The position numbers and the translations under genes were made by a program. From Leptotrichia sp. oral taxon 215 str. W9775 (GTDB taxonomy: Bacteria > Fusobacteriota > Fusobacteriia > Fusobacteriales > Leptotrichiaceae), in assembly GCF_000469505.1 (NCBI RefSeq), contig NZ_KI272830.1:1-24000 (forward strand): a DNA stretch of 24,000 bases, in the 5' to 3' direction. Below, one piece after another: positions 23,128 through 24,000 of this stretch (positions are counted from its first letter, which is position 1; every line of letters begins with the position of its first letter). The notes under the pieces are model-generated. The model did no database searches. It had not been told where the DNA came from and saw only the letters and a list, made by a program, of their open reading frames with translations.

Positions 23128-24000
23128 ATGCAAATAAATAGATTATTTGAGATGCTTCATATGATGCTGAACAAGAAAAATATTACAGCAAAAGAACTAT
23201 CAGAATATTTTGAAGTATCTTTAAGAACCGTATACAGGGATGTAGAAACTTTAGCTTCTGCAGGCATCCCTGTATATTCTTTAAGAGGTAAAAATGGCGG
23301 AATTAGATTACTGGAAGGTTATACTTTGAATAAATCGCTGATTTCTCAGGATGAGCAGAATGAAATAATGTATGCATTGCAAAGTCTGAAGGCTGCAAAT
23401 TATCCAGAATCGGAAGGAACTCTTAAAAAATTGAGTTTGATTTTTAATAAATCGTCAGATAACTGGATAGAAGTTGATTTTTCCAGATATGGAAGTGACG
23501 ATAATGTTTTATTTGAAAATATAAAGCAGGCTATACTTAAAAAATTGACAATAAAATTTACATATTTTAATTTAAGAGGAGAGAAGTCTTATAGGACATC
23601 AGATCCACTGAAAATATGGTTTAAAGAAAAGGCATGGTACTTATTTGCTTATTGTCATGATAAAAAAGACATCAGGCAGTTTAAAATAAATAGAATAAAA
23701 GAGTTGATTCTTACAGAAGAACATTTTGAAAAATCGCTAGAAAATTTTAAGTTTGATGATAAAAAATCTAAAGTAAAAGATGTAAGAGTTGTAGTTGAAA
23801 TAGATAAATCACAGGCATATCGTGTTTATGATGAATGTTCGGAAGAAAATATAAGTAAAATGGAAAATGGAAATTTTGAAATTATAATGGAATATCCTGA
23901 AAATGAATGGCTTTATGGATATCTTTTGTCTTTTGGAGAATATTTGAAAGTGAAAGAACCTGAAAGAATAAAAAGAATTTTATTTGAGAAAATTGAGAAA
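23128..24000 (+). CDS. YafY-like transcriptional regulator (N-terminal HTH plus WYL domain), 3'-partial at the window edge
   Basis: This gene is not in the ORF track because no stop is reached. The frame is open from ATG 23128 to 24000. The HTH is ITAKELSEYFEVSLRTVYRDVETLASAGIPV and the WYL signature is KIWFKEKAWYLFAYCHDKKDIRQFKINRI. TATAAT at 23101-23106 overlaps the upstream stop. Confidence 0.8.
   Translation, partial: MQINRLFEMLHMMLNKKNITAKELSEYFEVSLRTVYRDVETLASAGIPVYSLRGKNGGIRLLEGYTLNKSLISQDEQNEIMYALQSLKAANYPESEGTLKKLSLIFNKSSDNWIEVDFSRYGSDDNVLFENIKQAILKKLTIKFTYFNLRGEKSYRTSDPLKIWFKEKAWYLFAYCHDKKDIRQFKINRIKELILTEEHFEKSLENFKFDDKKSKVKDVRVVVEIDKSQAYRVYDECSEENISKMENGNFEIIMEYPENEWLYGYLLSFGEYLKVKEPERIKRILFEKIEK

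Noticed and set aside
1-24000. Search for CRISPR arrays, tRNA/rRNA genes, transposase or integrase genes, riboswitch-like leaders and tandem repeats
   Set aside because: I saw no regularly spaced direct repeats, no cloverleaf-capable GC-rich segments, no recombinase motifs in any frame, and no riboswitch consensus that I recognise in the spacers of 100 nt or more. The search was by eye only, so short or divergent elements could have been missed.

Overview
This is an AT-rich window with strong AGGAGG-type ribosome binding sites. It looks Fusobacteriota-like (Leptotrichia/Fusobacterium style), but that is an inference from composition and gene content only. I saw no rRNA, tRNA, CRISPR array, transposase or integrase.

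Layout, left to right:
1. A DAACS-family symporter (-).
2. A Rep_3-like replication-initiator-like gene (-). Its upstream region carries paired palindromes that contain every CpG of that intergenic region.
3. A plus-strand cluster at 3.0-11.0 kb: a TIM-barrel-like unknown protein, PTS EIIB and EIIC (lactose/cellobiose/chitobiose family), a stand-alone GrdB-N-terminal-like domain, two M42 peptidase paralogs (the first with a degenerate metal site), a leaderless glycosylasparaginase-type Ntn hydrolase, and an M20 dipeptidase.
4. A small islet at 11.0-13.1 kb with a 5'-truncated RelE/ParE toxin remnant and two divergently transcribed orphan genes.
5. A minus-strand OmpR-type response regulator and histidine kinase, followed by two PepSY proteins.
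6. A small membrane protein.
7. Seven tightly packed plus-strand genes of unknown function at 16.8-21.9 kb: a coiled-coil protein, DUF3592-like, DUF523, FGE/SUMF1-like, a small secreted protein, DUF1963/YwqG-like, and a second DUF3592-like paralog.
8. A lipoprotein with a C-terminal TM anchor and an acidic tail.
9. The 5' part of an HTH-WYL regulator running off the window.

Best candidates for something undescribed:
- The PTS-peptidase-glycosylasparaginase cluster, a possible PTS-dependent glycosyl-asparagine/glycopeptide salvage route.
- The seven-gene unknown-function operon bracketed by DUF3592 paralogs.
- A nested-hairpin intergenic repeat family present twice.
- The Rep-like gene with its palindromic operator or origin-like repeats.

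All family assignments come from motif recognition by eye and need HMM or structure confirmation.
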